Of a stretch of 64,000 bases of DNA, positions 19,745-29,800 are shown in pieces. The position numbers and the translations under genes are program-made. Position 1 is the stretch's first letter. Each line of letters starts with the position of its first letter. This DNA is from Ignavibacteria bacterium (GTDB lineage: Bacteria; Bacteroidota; Ignavibacteria; UBA10030; F1-140-MAGs086). The notes under the pieces are model-generated. The model made no database searches and was not told the origin of the DNA. It worked only from the letters and a program-made list of their open reading frames with translations. The stretch is taken from positions 10,141 through 74,140 of the forward strand of contig VGWC01000001.1 in the NCBI GenBank assembly GCA_016873775.1. The letters run 5' to 3'.

Positions 19745-20103
19745 ACGTTTTTTTTCGTTTGTTCAAACATTTCGATTTCTACAATGTTCATTTCCGTCCC
19801 CGAGAGAATTTCACAATTCGTGCTTGCGCAGAAAGAGCAAACATTCATCCCGAATTCATTGGAAGATTTTTTTTTACACACATTGCAATACACTTCAAAC
19901 GGAATTTTTTGAATGACGAGGTTCGCGTTGTTCAATGGTGTATTATTCACGATGACGGAAAAAGAAAACGCTAATGATTCTGCGGCAACTCCCGAACATT
20001 CGCCAACAACAGTTTTCACATTCGTAACATTATGCAAATCGTTTTCGTGAACGTGTTGATGTATGATTTCTACGATATTCTGTGCAAGCGAAAGTTCGTG
20101 CAT
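19741..20103 (-). CDS. hypA: Hydrogenase nickel-insertion protein HypA.
   Basis: 'MHELSLAQNIVEI' N-terminus with a CxxC…CxxC zinc site (CNVCKKK…CSFCAS). The ATG at 20103 is the likely start; the track ORF begins at 20145. Confidence 0.8.
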   Translation of the reverse strand: MHELSLAQNIVEIIHQHVHENDLHNVTNVKTVVGECSGVAAESLAFSFSVIVNNTPLNNANLVIQKIPFEVYCNVCKKKSSNEFGMNVCSFCASTNCEILSGTEMNIVEIEMFEQTKKNV

Positions 20104-20197
20104 ACGTTGTAATGAACAAGAGTTTCTCTCAAAATTTGCGCTCAATAAAAAAATCTTTTAGCAAAGTAAAAAACGTTTCAATGGTCTCTGTAAAAAA

Positions 20198-20567
20198 TTA
20201 TACGGCAAATTGTTCTTTCCATCGTTGTAACACTCGCTCTGCACGTTCAACAAATTGCTGGAGCGCGTTTACAACAGCATCGCTTAATCCTTCGCCAAAG
20301 TTATACGGGTTTTCGACTTTCATCGCAAGCGCGCAAAAATGTTTTGGAAAAGAAAGTTCGAGAACATCCATCATACGCAATGCTTCGGGAATACCAAGAT
20401 GATGCGGAGAGAGCGAAAATATATTTTGAAAATCTTCTTTTGATAGTTCCTGTTGGATATTTTCCGGTAAAAATACTATCGAGAATAAGAACAGCATCGT
20501 ATGCGCTGAGTATTTCAACCAAATCAAATCCTCCGCCGCTAAATTCCACAACTTCCGCTCCCGTCAA
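20198..20567 (-). pseudogene. [NiFe]-hydrogenase maturation endopeptidase (HyaD/HybD/HycI family) remnant. It is frameshifted and lacks its N-terminus.
   Basis: Reading frame A gives 'AEVVEFSGGGFDLVEILSAYDAVLILDSIFTGKYPTG'. Reading frame B gives 'SLSPHHLGIPEALRMMDVLELSFPK…VENPYNFGEGLSDAVVNAL'. Each matches a conserved protease block, but in different frames. An in-frame stop sits immediately 5' of the first block, and no 'LGIGN…DDG' N-terminal block is present. Confidence 0.55.
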
Positions 20568-21185
20568 TTGTTACACTGTTTCCATTACCATCATTACCTT
20601 CACCCGCACTTTTCGCCCAAATATAATCAGTGGTTTGTGCAAAGATACTATTAGAATAAAATACTATCGCGCATAAAAGCGCGAGTGTATTCATAAATAA
20701 GTTTTGATTCAATATTTTTGTAGTGTACATAATATTAGCATTTCGATAATGATGTTAATAAAATAGATTGTTATTTGAAAATTACTCAAGTAAAAACTAC
20801 TTCAAATAAATTTGTCCGTATGTAAAAAAACTCGAAAAGTTTTTCTGTGACACCCTAAAAAAAACTGTGTTAAGTAAAAGTTATTTGTGTATAAATTCAA
20901 AATACAAATATCAAAAAGGGAAAGAAAAAGCGTGGTGGGAAATTTGATGAGGTTAGTAATTACAACTATAAGTATCTCTTTCTATGTATCAGAATGAAGA
21001 TATATTGACTGATGTTATGCAGAGTTGTTAAAATTCTAAAATCTAAACACGAAATTCTCAACAAATCACAATTTCAAAATTTTGAAATTATTTTTGGGAA
21101 TTTGTTTCATAGTAAGAAATTTTGGAATAGTATTTCCATAGTTGTACTCTAAAGAGGTTTGTTTAACATCAGTTATTCAGATGAA

Positions 21186-22031
21186 TTATTTTTCTTTCCA
21201 TTTTCGGACTTTTTTATAATCAATCGCTCGTTTTTCGTTGAATGCAGAAATTCCTTCTTTAATTTCCGCCGCAGAAGTATGAACCGTTAGCCAATCGCGC
21301 AGATGTCCAACAGTAAGCGACCACGAAAAATTTTTCCAGAAATTCAGTTGCTCTTTTGCGTACCGCGAACATTCGGGAAGTTTGTTGAATAACGTTTTCG
21401 CCATTTCCTTCGTTGCGGCATCAAGTTTTTTTCGAGGAACAATTTGATTCACAAGTCCCCAATCGAACGCTTGTTTTGCCGGAATTTCTTCTCCGAGCAA
21501 AATCATTTGACGCGCACGTCGTTCTCCGATAATAAGCGGAAGCCATTGTGTTGCGCCTGCCGCAGGAACACTTCCTCGCGACGTTCCTACGTGCTTGAAA
21601 AAAATATCATTTGCGGCAATTGCTATATCGCAAGACATTTGCAATTCGTTTCCGCCGCCGACTACAATTCCGTTCAAGCGCGCAATTGTTGGCTTTCCGA
21701 TGTTGCGCAATCGTTCAAACGTTTCGAGAAACACTCCCATCCATTTGTAAAAATCATCGGATGCATCGAGAAAATCTTCGTTCCATTCTTTCATATCGGC
21801 TCCGGTGCAAAATGCTTTTGTTCCTGCGCCTGTGAGAATTGCAACGGCAATATTATTATCCCACGCAACATCTTCAAATGCTTCGGAAAGTTCGCGGAGC
21901 ATTTGCAGATTGATGGCATTGTACACTTCTGGACGATTGAGTGTTATCGTAGCAAGCCAATCATTTTTTTCATAGAGGATAGTTTTAAAATGAAATGCGG
22001 TGAATGATTTTCCGGAATATTTTTTTCCCAT
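21186..22031 (-). CDS. Enoyl-CoA hydratase/isomerase (crotonase-fold) family protein, possibly MenB-like.
   Basis: 'ITLNRPEVYNAINLQMLREL…VAILTGAGTKAFCTGADMKEW…ARLNGIVVGGGNELQMSCDIAIA…FDWGLVNQIVP' crotonase signature. Confidence 0.75.
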   Translation of the reverse strand: MGKKYSGKSFTAFHFKTILYEKNDWLATITLNRPEVYNAINLQMLRELSEAFEDVAWDNNIAVAILTGAGTKAFCTGADMKEWNEDFLDASDDFYKWMGVFLETFERLRNIGKPTIARLNGIVVGGGNELQMSCDIAIAANDIFFKHVGTSRGSVPAAGATQWLPLIIGERRARQMILLGEEIPAKQAFDWGLVNQIVPRKKLDAATKEMAKTLFNKLPECSRYAKEQLNFWKNFSWSLTVGHLRDWLTVHTSAAEIKEGISAFNEKRAIDYKKVRKWKEK

Positions 22032-22121
22032 AATTGCATTGTGATAATTTGTTCTTTAAAAAAATGGAGTTCATGTTTTAAAATGATAAACTCCACAAAA
22101 AAATAAACGTTGCGTCAGAAT

Positions 22122-22427
22122 TTATTTTTCTTCCACTTCTCCGTAGAACAGCGTAACCAAATCTGAGGCAAAACTCATCAAATCTTTTGCTGTGGCGCGT
22201 CCTTCGGGAGATGCGTTAGAAGCGTTCATTGCGTCTATCGAATCGAAATACATTTCGGCGTGAAGATAATATTTGCTATCACCAATCGGCGCACCGCTAA
22301 TGCGCGTGATTTCGAGTTTCCGAAGTCCAGGCATTTTCAGCACTAAGGGTGTGTGGATGGAATCGTAATGTTCGTCGAATTCTTTTACGTTTTGTGGCTT
22401 TCGATAGAGCGCAATAAATTTTACCAT
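22122..22427 (-). CDS. EthD-family small protein (about 101 aa).
   Basis: 'MVKFIALYRKPQNVKEFDEHYDSIHTPLVLKMPGLRKLEITRI…YYLHAEMYFDSIDAMNASNASPEGRA' resembles EthD-family proteins. The internal ATG at 22427 is the likely start; the track ORF begins at 22529. Confidence 0.55.
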   Translation of the reverse strand: MVKFIALYRKPQNVKEFDEHYDSIHTPLVLKMPGLRKLEITRISGAPIGDSKYYLHAEMYFDSIDAMNASNASPEGRATAKDLMSFASDLVTLFYGEVEEK

Positions 22428-22540
22428 AATTTCTTTGAAAATTTGAACGTGAATATACTCCACTTTATGAAGACATAAAAATTTTGTATTCAATTTATTA
22501 ATTCTTTTCTTTTGGAAAGAAAATATCAAGGAATTTTTAT

Positions 22541-23218
22541 ATGAGTACCTTTTACCGACAATTATTTTTCGTACAATTGATTTTCATTGTATGTGTTTCA
22601 CTCCCCTTTGCTCAACCGAAAGCAAAAGCGCCTGTGCCGCAATTCAACGTGAACGCAAGCGATTTTGCGTTTCGTATAGCAGGAACAAATTATGCTTCGT
22701 GGACGGAATACAAAAAAACGAAACGTCACAAAGAATATTTTCAGTTTTTAGACAGCGTCGCTGCACGATTTACCGTTCGCGTTCCGTTAAAAGATTATTC
22801 GTACGACGAGAGAAAAAAACTTTCAACAATACGCACGGAGCCGGCGGAATTTCTTTTTGAAGCAGAAGAAGAAATAAAACTGCGGCTCATCGTGGAACAG
22901 TTCACGATTAAAAGCGATTCCTTGCTGATGAATTTAGTCGTGAAAAAAGACGTTCTGACATATCTCAACGTTAGCGGAATATTTGTCAGCGCCGCAATCA
23001 GCGAAGTGCAAGCAACACCGCGCGAAAAACGAAAAGTTGTTCGTCTTACGCTGAACGAAGTAAAAGTTGAACAATCGCAGAACACCACGGAAGATTTTTA
23101 CGTGTGGAAAACGCAATCGCGATTGTTCAACCGCATCGGCGATATTATCGAGCAAAAACGCTGGAGCGATGGATTTGATTTAGCCGGAATGGGTTTTCGG
23201 TCGGTTACGGAACGATGA
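22541..23218 (+). CDS. Secreted hypothetical protein.
   Basis: N-terminal signal peptide (LFFVQLIFIVCVSLPFAQP), 225 aa, no recognised domain. It is the first gene of a same-strand run that ends with the giant adhesin. Confidence 0.4.
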   Translation: MSTFYRQLFFVQLIFIVCVSLPFAQPKAKAPVPQFNVNASDFAFRIAGTNYASWTEYKKTKRHKEYFQFLDSVAARFTVRVPLKDYSYDERKKLSTIRTEPAEFLFEAEEEIKLRLIVEQFTIKSDSLLMNLVVKKDVLTYLNVSGIFVSAAISEVQATPREKRKVVRLTLNEVKVEQSQNTTEDFYVWKTQSRLFNRIGDIIEQKRWSDGFDLAGMGFRSVTER

Positions 23219-23262
23219 TGCTTTTCATATTGTTCTTCTTCCGTCAATAACATAGTTCACTG

Positions 23263-26200
23263 ATGGATTATTCGCACATACATACAATTTTTCTTCAACG
23301 GATTATTGATGTTCGCAAGAAAGAAAACCAAACTGTTTTTTTGTTCGGTTTGTTCCTCTTGTTAATTACGTCTGTATGTTCGATCGCGGTCGTATCGCTG
23401 CTCGAAGAATTATTTCATTTCGGAACAATCATTCGCGGTATCTTCTTTTTTTCTGCGCTTGTCATTATTCTTGCCATAGCGATAAAATTTTTCTTTCCGC
23501 CACTGCTTCGAATGCTAAACATTGCAGAAAATAAAAATGAAGAACTGCTTGCAGAACAAATCGGAAGTTTTTTCCCGCAAATAAGAGACAAACTTTACAA
23601 TGCGCTGCAATTAATTCAAGAGCGGAAACAAATTTCTGCTCTCTATTCTCCCTTGCTCATTGATGCATCCCTGAACGATTTGTATCAAGAAGTGCAATCG
23701 GTCAATTTTCTTCGGTGTATTGATACAACCAAACTGAAAAAAATCCGCAAACAATTTTATCTCTCGCTTGCGCTTGTTTGCGTACTTTTTCTTTCATCGC
23801 CAACAAGTTTTCTTTCCGCATTTACACGCATCCTACATTTTCAACAAACGTACGATGCGCCGCCCCAATTTGTCATACGCATTGAACCTGGAAATAAAGA
23901 AATCGTGCGCGGCGAAAGTATTCCGATAACTGTTTCCATCGAACAACGGGAAATTTCTTTTACCAGTTTCGAAAGAAAAACACTTACCTTGTTCAAACGT
24001 CTGCAAGGACAGGTGAATTATGAATCACAAATTCTCAGAGCAAATGCCAACGGAATGTTCACTTCCGAATTTTCCGTCGTAAAATCGCCGACGTTTTACT
24101 TTGCAGAATTTCACGATGTGCGAAGCGATGAGTATGTAATTACAGTTGTAGATAAGCCGCTGATTCGTTCGTTTCGGATAAACGTAACACCGCCGCGTTA
24201 TACGAAACTTCCAAAGAAAGAACTGGAAGAAAATGTTGGCGATGTTGCAGAATACAAAGGAACGAACATCTCGTTTGAACTAACATCGAGCAAAGAATTA
24301 CAACACGCAACTCTCCTCTTTTCAGATTCGAGTACGGTTCCTTTGAAAATCAATAGGAAAAAAGCGGAAGTATCATTTCTTTTGTTTGCAACACAAAATT
24401 ATCATTTCCGCATTGAAGATGTGGACAAACTTTTCAATGATAACCCGATTGAATATCGTCTTACGGTGATTCCCGATGAAATTCCAACGGCAGCAATCAT
24501 TGTTCCTGGGAAAAATATAGACGCAGATGAATCAATGCAACTCGAAATGCTTTTTCGGTTGAGCGATGATTTCGGTTTTACGAAATTACACCTTGCGCAA
24601 AAACTTGTTCATTCGAAATATTCTGCGTCGGAGGAAAATTTTCACTTCATTCCAATTCCATTCTCTTCTTCTGTAAAGCAACGGGAATTTCCATATCGTT
24701 GGAATTTTACCGGACGCAACCTTGCGCCGGAAGATGTGCTTATGTATTATATCGAAGTATTCGACAACGATAATGTTTCGGGACCGAAATCGGGAAAGAG
24801 CCAAACGTATTTATTGCGTTTGCCTTCGCTCGATGAAGTATTTGCAGAAGCGGAACAGCAACAGAATGAAACACTCGAATCGCTTTCGAGCGCATCGCAA
24901 CAAGCGCAGCAGTTACGAAAAGAACTGGAGAAACTTCAGCAGGAATTGAAAAAACGTCCCGATAAAGTGGATTGGTTGCAAAAGAAAAAAGCGGAAGAGT
25001 TGGCGAAAAAATATGACGAAGTCAAACAAAAAGTCGCAACCGCCGCGCAACAGATGAAGCAAGCGGAACAGCATCAATTACTCTCGCCACAAACGATGCA
25101 AAAGTATGATGAGTTGCAAAAAATGATGAAAGAACTCGATTCGCCGGAATTTCGTGAGTTACTGAAAAAATTGCAACAGCAGCATCAGCCGCTTTCTCCA
25201 GAGCAAATGAAAGAAGCGATGAAAAATTTTTCGATGAACGAAGAACAATTTCGGAAAGCACTAGAACGAATGTTGGAATTGCTGAAGCGAATGGCGATGG
25301 AGCAAAAATTGGACGAACTCATCAAACGTACAGAAGAGGCAATCAAACAACAAAAAAAATTACAAGAGGAAACGCAAAACAGTTCGAAAGAAAAATTGAA
25401 TGAACTTTCGAAACAGCAAAGCGATTTGGAAAAACAAACGGATAAGTTGGAGCAGGAAGCAAAAGAACTTGCAGAAAAAATGGAAGAACTCGCCGACGAA
25501 ATGCCTGCGGATAAAATGGAACAGGCGAATGAACATTTCGAAAAAAATAATCCGCAACAACAGATGAAGAATGCGCAGCAGCAAATGAAAAGCGGACAAC
25601 AACAGCAAGCGCAACAAAGTCAGCAGCAAGCGCGGCAATCGTTGGAACAATTTCTTTCCGAATTGCAACAGGCGCAAAAAGAAATGCGCTCCAAACAACA
25701 GCAACAAATCGTTCGAGAAATGCAAAAGCAGTTGGAAAATGTTCTGGCAGTTTCCAAAAATCAGGAACAATTGAAAAATGAAACACAGCAATTGGAATAT
25801 AACTCTCCGCGTTTTCGGGAAAATGCGCAGAAACAATATGCGATGAATAATGATGTTCAGAATATTGCCAATGCTCTTTCGGAACTTGGGAAAAAATCGT
25901 TTTCCATTTCACCGGAAATGGGAAAAACACTTGGCGATGCTATGAAACAAATGGAATCGGCAATGAATGGAATGGAAGCGAGAAATGCGCAATCGTCTAC
26001 GCAGCAACAAAACGCCGCAATGGGTTCACTTAATCGCGCCGCGGCGATGATGCAAAAATCGTTACAAGGAATGCAAGGAAGCGGAGGCGGTGGAATGGGA
26101 ATGCAGGGAATGATGCAAGCGATGGGACAAATGGCTTCTCAACAACAGGGAATCAACGAAGGAACGCAAGGAGCGTTGGGACAAGGAAACGGAATGTCAA

Positions 26201-26661
26201 TGGAACAAGCTGCGGCAATGTCGAAACTTGCACAGCAACAATCCGGGTTGCAAAAATCGTTGCAGGAACTTGCGGGAGAATCGAAACGCTCCGATGAAAT
26301 GAGCAGACTTCTTGGCGATTTGGATTATATTGCAAAAGAAATGCAGGAAGTAGTGCGCGATATGGAGCAAGGAACTGTTAATCCCGAAACACTTCGCAAG
26401 CAGGAGAGAATTTTATCGAGACTTTTGGATTCGCAGCGTTCGTTGCGAGAAAAAGATTACGAAAAACGAAGACGCGCGGAACAAAGTAATGTTACTGCAC
26501 GACCTTCGCCGATAGAACTTGATATGCAGTCGCTGGAAGGAAAAAATAAATTGCAGCAGGATTTATTGAAAGCGTTGAATGAAAAGTATACGAAAGACTT
26601 TGAATCGTTAATCCGAAAATATTTTGAGGAGTTGCAGAAACAAGAAAGCAAACCTCAGTGA
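23263..26661 (+). CDS. Large membrane-anchored coiled-coil protein with a Gln/Lys/Glu-rich low-complexity region (DUF4175-like architecture).
   Basis: Three or four N-terminal TM helices, a β-rich region of about 400 aa, then about 600 aa of K/E/Q-rich heptad-like sequence including 'QQQMKNAQQQMKSGQQQQAQQSQQQARQ' and Gly/Met-rich 'MQGSGGGGMGMQGMMQAMGQMASQQQG'. The many antisense ORFs across this stretch are low-complexity artefacts. Confidence 0.5.
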   Translation: MDYSHIHTIFLQRIIDVRKKENQTVFLFGLFLLLITSVCSIAVVSLLEELFHFGTIIRGIFFFSALVIILAIAIKFFFPPLLRMLNIAENKNEELLAEQIGSFFPQIRDKLYNALQLIQERKQISALYSPLLIDASLNDLYQEVQSVNFLRCIDTTKLKKIRKQFYLSLALVCVLFLSSPTSFLSAFTRILHFQQTYDAPPQFVIRIEPGNKEIVRGESIPITVSIEQREISFTSFERKTLTLFKRLQGQVNYESQILRANANGMFTSEFSVVKSPTFYFAEFHDVRSDEYVITVVDKPLIRSFRINVTPPRYTKLPKKELEENVGDVAEYKGTNISFELTSSKELQHATLLFSDSSTVPLKINRKKAEVSFLLFATQNYHFRIEDVDKLFNDNPIEYRLTVIPDEIPTAAIIVPGKNIDADESMQLEMLFRLSDDFGFTKLHLAQKLVHSKYSASEENFHFIPIPFSSSVKQREFPYRWNFTGRNLAPEDVLMYYIEVFDNDNVSGPKSGKSQTYLLRLPSLDEVFAEAEQQQNETLESLSSASQQAQQLRKELEKLQQELKKRPDKVDWLQKKKAEELAKKYDEVKQKVATAAQQMKQAEQHQLLSPQTMQKYDELQKMMKELDSPEFRELLKKLQQQHQPLSPEQMKEAMKNFSMNEEQFRKALERMLELLKRMAMEQKLDELIKRTEEAIKQQKKLQEETQNSSKEKLNELSKQQSDLEKQTDKLEQEAKELAEKMEELADEMPADKMEQANEHFEKNNPQQQMKNAQQQMKSGQQQQAQQSQQQARQSLEQFLSELQQAQKEMRSKQQQQIVREMQKQLENVLAVSKNQEQLKNETQQLEYNSPRFRENAQKQYAMNNDVQNIANALSELGKKSFSISPEMGKTLGDAMKQMESAMNGMEARNAQSSTQQQNAAMGSLNRAAAMMQKSLQGMQGSGGGGMGMQGMMQAMGQMASQQQGINEGTQGALGQGNGMSMEQAAAMSKLAQQQSGLQKSLQELAGESKRSDEMSRLLGDLDYIAKEMQEVVRDMEQGTVNPETLRKQERILSRLLDSQRSLREKDYEKRRRAEQSNVTARPSPIELDMQSLEGKNKLQQDLLKALNEKYTKDFESLIRKYFEELQKQESKPQ

Positions 26662-26802
26662 AATCAAAAAATTCAACGGTAATTTCATTGTTTATGGAAA
26701 AAATATTTTATATAATTCTATAAGTTTTTATTCAATTATATTATTTCAACAAGATATTCTTCATTTTTACTTTTTTCTTCTTTTTCGAAAGGAATCTTTT
26801 TT

Positions 26803-29800
26803 ATGATGCCGATGATACAGCGTTCTCTTCTTATAGATCTTCACTATTCAAAAATTCTCTCAAGACTGATTGTTATTTTCTTCATTTTCCCGATAATTGT
26901 TTTAGCACAATCAACTTCGTGGAAAGGAAACGGAACAACTGCTTGGAATACAGCAAGCAACTGGACCAATGGCGTTCCCAATAGCGGTGTTGATGCTATC
27001 ATTGGAGATGCAAATATGGTGGGAACAACGCAACCAACGATAAATACCACTTCCGCTTCGTGCAACAATCTAACTATTGGAAACGAAACAGTGCCTTCCA
27101 CTCTTACAACCGGAAACAACAATTTTTCGGTTTCAGGTAATGTAACGATAGGCGCAAACGGTACACTTGTTCACAGTGCGACAAGCGGAACCCGAATATT
27201 ATCCGTGAGTGGGAACTGGATTCAAACGGGAGCATATACAGCCGCTAATGCAGTTGCTACTGTTTCATTTGAATTACCAGCAACGATGAGCGGTTCCGGT
27301 CCATTTAAAACAGTTGTAACGAATGATTCCATTGCGTTGCTATCCAATATTACAGTTAATACATCGCTGACAATGAATGGAACATTCGAACCAAATTCGT
27401 TTGCTGTTTTGGGAAGTGGTTCGCTGAATTTATACGGAACGTTATACATCAATGCTTCCACGTTCGCAGGAAATATTTCTTTGAGCGGAACGAAAACTCT
27501 GGAACCGTTGAGTATTGTTCACTATAACGCTTCAACAGCAAATCAAACCATTGATAATTCGTTGAGTTATGCAGTATTAAATCTTGCAGGTGGAATGACA
27601 AAAACAGCAGGAGGAAATCTTACCGTTACAGAAGATTTGTATCTCCTTGAAGGAACTCTTAATTTATCAACGTTCACCGCAAATGGCGGAGGAGGAATAT
27701 TGGACATTGCAGAAAATACTTCTCTGAACATCGGCGGAACAAATTCGTTTCCTTCAGGATATGGAAATATTACCATAGATGTTGCAAGTACTGTTGAATA
27801 CAACGGAACGAATCAAACAGTTGCTGCACAAACGTACGGAAATCTCACTTTGAGCAACGCCGGCGCGACGGTTACAAAAACTCTTCCTTCATCTTCAACT
27901 ACTATTGAAGGAAACTTGATTCTAAACAATGGTTCTGGAACTTCACTAACGGCAAACGCAAATAATGCTCTGAATATTTCCGGAAACGTTACAATTGGAA
28001 ACGGTTGCACTCTGAACGGAAGTAATTATTCTCACAATGTTTATGGTAATTGGACTAACAGCGGCACATATAATTCATCAGCAAATGGTGCAGTAACTTT
28101 CAACGGCTCCAATACAACATTGAGCGGGAACGGAACAAATAATTTTTACGATGTGAATTTTTCCGGAAACGGAATTTCCACTTCTTCTTCTACAAATATT
28201 TCCGTCTCAGGAAATTTCACTTCCAATCCAGGCGCATCTTTCACCCATATAAGCGGAGGAGTCGGAACAGTTTCATTAACCGGAACTTCAAAAAGTATCA
28301 GTGGTTCATTGATTAAATTCAATCATTTATCGCTTTCAAGTTCGTATACCACCTCCAGTTCGTTTTCTATCGCAGGAAATTTAACAGTGAACGGTTCATT
28401 TTCTGCTACAAGCGGCGCAGTTACATTTTCCGGAACATCCATTCTTTCAGGAACAGGAACAATCAATTTCTATGATGTAACGGTAAGCGGAACACTTACA
28501 TTAGCTGCGAATACAACGCTTGGGATTGCGGCGACGCTTTCAACTTCTTCGGAAAATTTTAACGCAACTTCCAATACTCCCAACACGGTAAAATTCAACG
28601 GAACAGGAGCGCAAAACATTCCCGCGCTTACAGTTTACAATTTACAATTTGAAGGCGGTGGAACAAAAACCGTAACAGGAAATCTTTCTCTTCACAATGA
28701 TTTTACAATTGGAAATTCCGTGAGTTTCGACGTGGCTTCCTACGCACATTCCATTGCAGGAAGTATTTCCAATTCGGGAACAATGTTAGAAAATACGTCC
28801 ACGATGACAATGACAGGTGCAGGAAAAACAATTTCCGGAAGCGGAGTAACTTCGTTTCATTCGTTCATTATCAGTGTTACGGGAAATATTACTGCAACGC
28901 AAAATTTTAGTATTACAGGTAATTTGACGAATAACGGAACATTTTCCAATTCTGCAAATACCGTTACTTTCAGCGGTTCTGAAAATGCAAATATCAACGG
29001 AACAACTTCGCCGACTTCGTTTAATGCGATAGCAATTTCAAAAATCGGCGGCGCTTCCGTTGCACTGGGAATGAACATTTCCGATTTAAGTTCACTCAAT
29101 ATTTCCAGCGGAATTTTAAAACTTTCATCGTTTTCTGTTTCACAAGCAGGCGGTGGCGGAATACTCACAATCGGAAGCGGAGCAACGTTAACGATTGGCG
29201 GTTCCAATTCCTTTCCAACATTTAATGCGTACAGTATTTCAACTTCCAGCACTGTTGAATATAATGGAAACGGTACGCAAACAATTTCGGCAAAAAATTA
29301 CGGAAATCTAACCAGTAGCAATTCCGGAAATCGTATTCTTGCTTCCAGCGGAATAATCGGTATTGCAAAAGCGTTTGACCCCGGTTTCAATTCGTTCACT
29401 ATTACCGGAAGCACGATAGAATTTAACGGCTCAGGTACTCAAACAATTCCAGCGTTCAATTATAATAATCTCACAAGCACAGGAATCGGGGAACGCGTGT
29501 TTGCTTCCGGCGGAACAATCGGAATTGCAGGTACCTTTACAAAAGGAACAAATTCGTACTCGACAACAAATAGTACAATAGATTTTAATGGAAGTACACA
29601 AGTAATTCCTTCTCTTACGTATAACAATCTTGCAACAAGCGGAAGCGGCACAAAAACTCTTAGTGGAAATGTAACAGTGAACGGAACGCTTTCTCTTACT
29701 TCCGGAAGTTTCGCTGATGGAGGATTTACGGTAACCGCAAACGGCAATGTTGAAAATGACGATGCGCATACCGGTTCAGGAAAAATTTTGCTTTCGGGAG

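Noticed and set aside
20539-20730. 63-aa ORF with a signal-peptide-like start (MNTLALLCAIVFYSNSIFAQ…)
   Set aside because: It is too short and runs straight into the protease remnant in another frame. Treated as a possible 5' fragment of a deleted gene (see the hyp finding), not as a stand-alone CDS.
20600-21185. AT-rich 0.6-kb non-coding region screened for tRNA, small RNA and CRISPR repeats
   Set aside because: No cloverleaf-compatible segments and no regularly spaced direct repeats. Interpreted as an intergenic or deletion-scar region.
25343-25930. Long antisense ORFs (195 aa and 158 aa) opposite the coiled-coil gene
   Set aside because: They arise from the reverse complement of K/E/Q-rich codons (poly-F/L). 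A compositional artefact.
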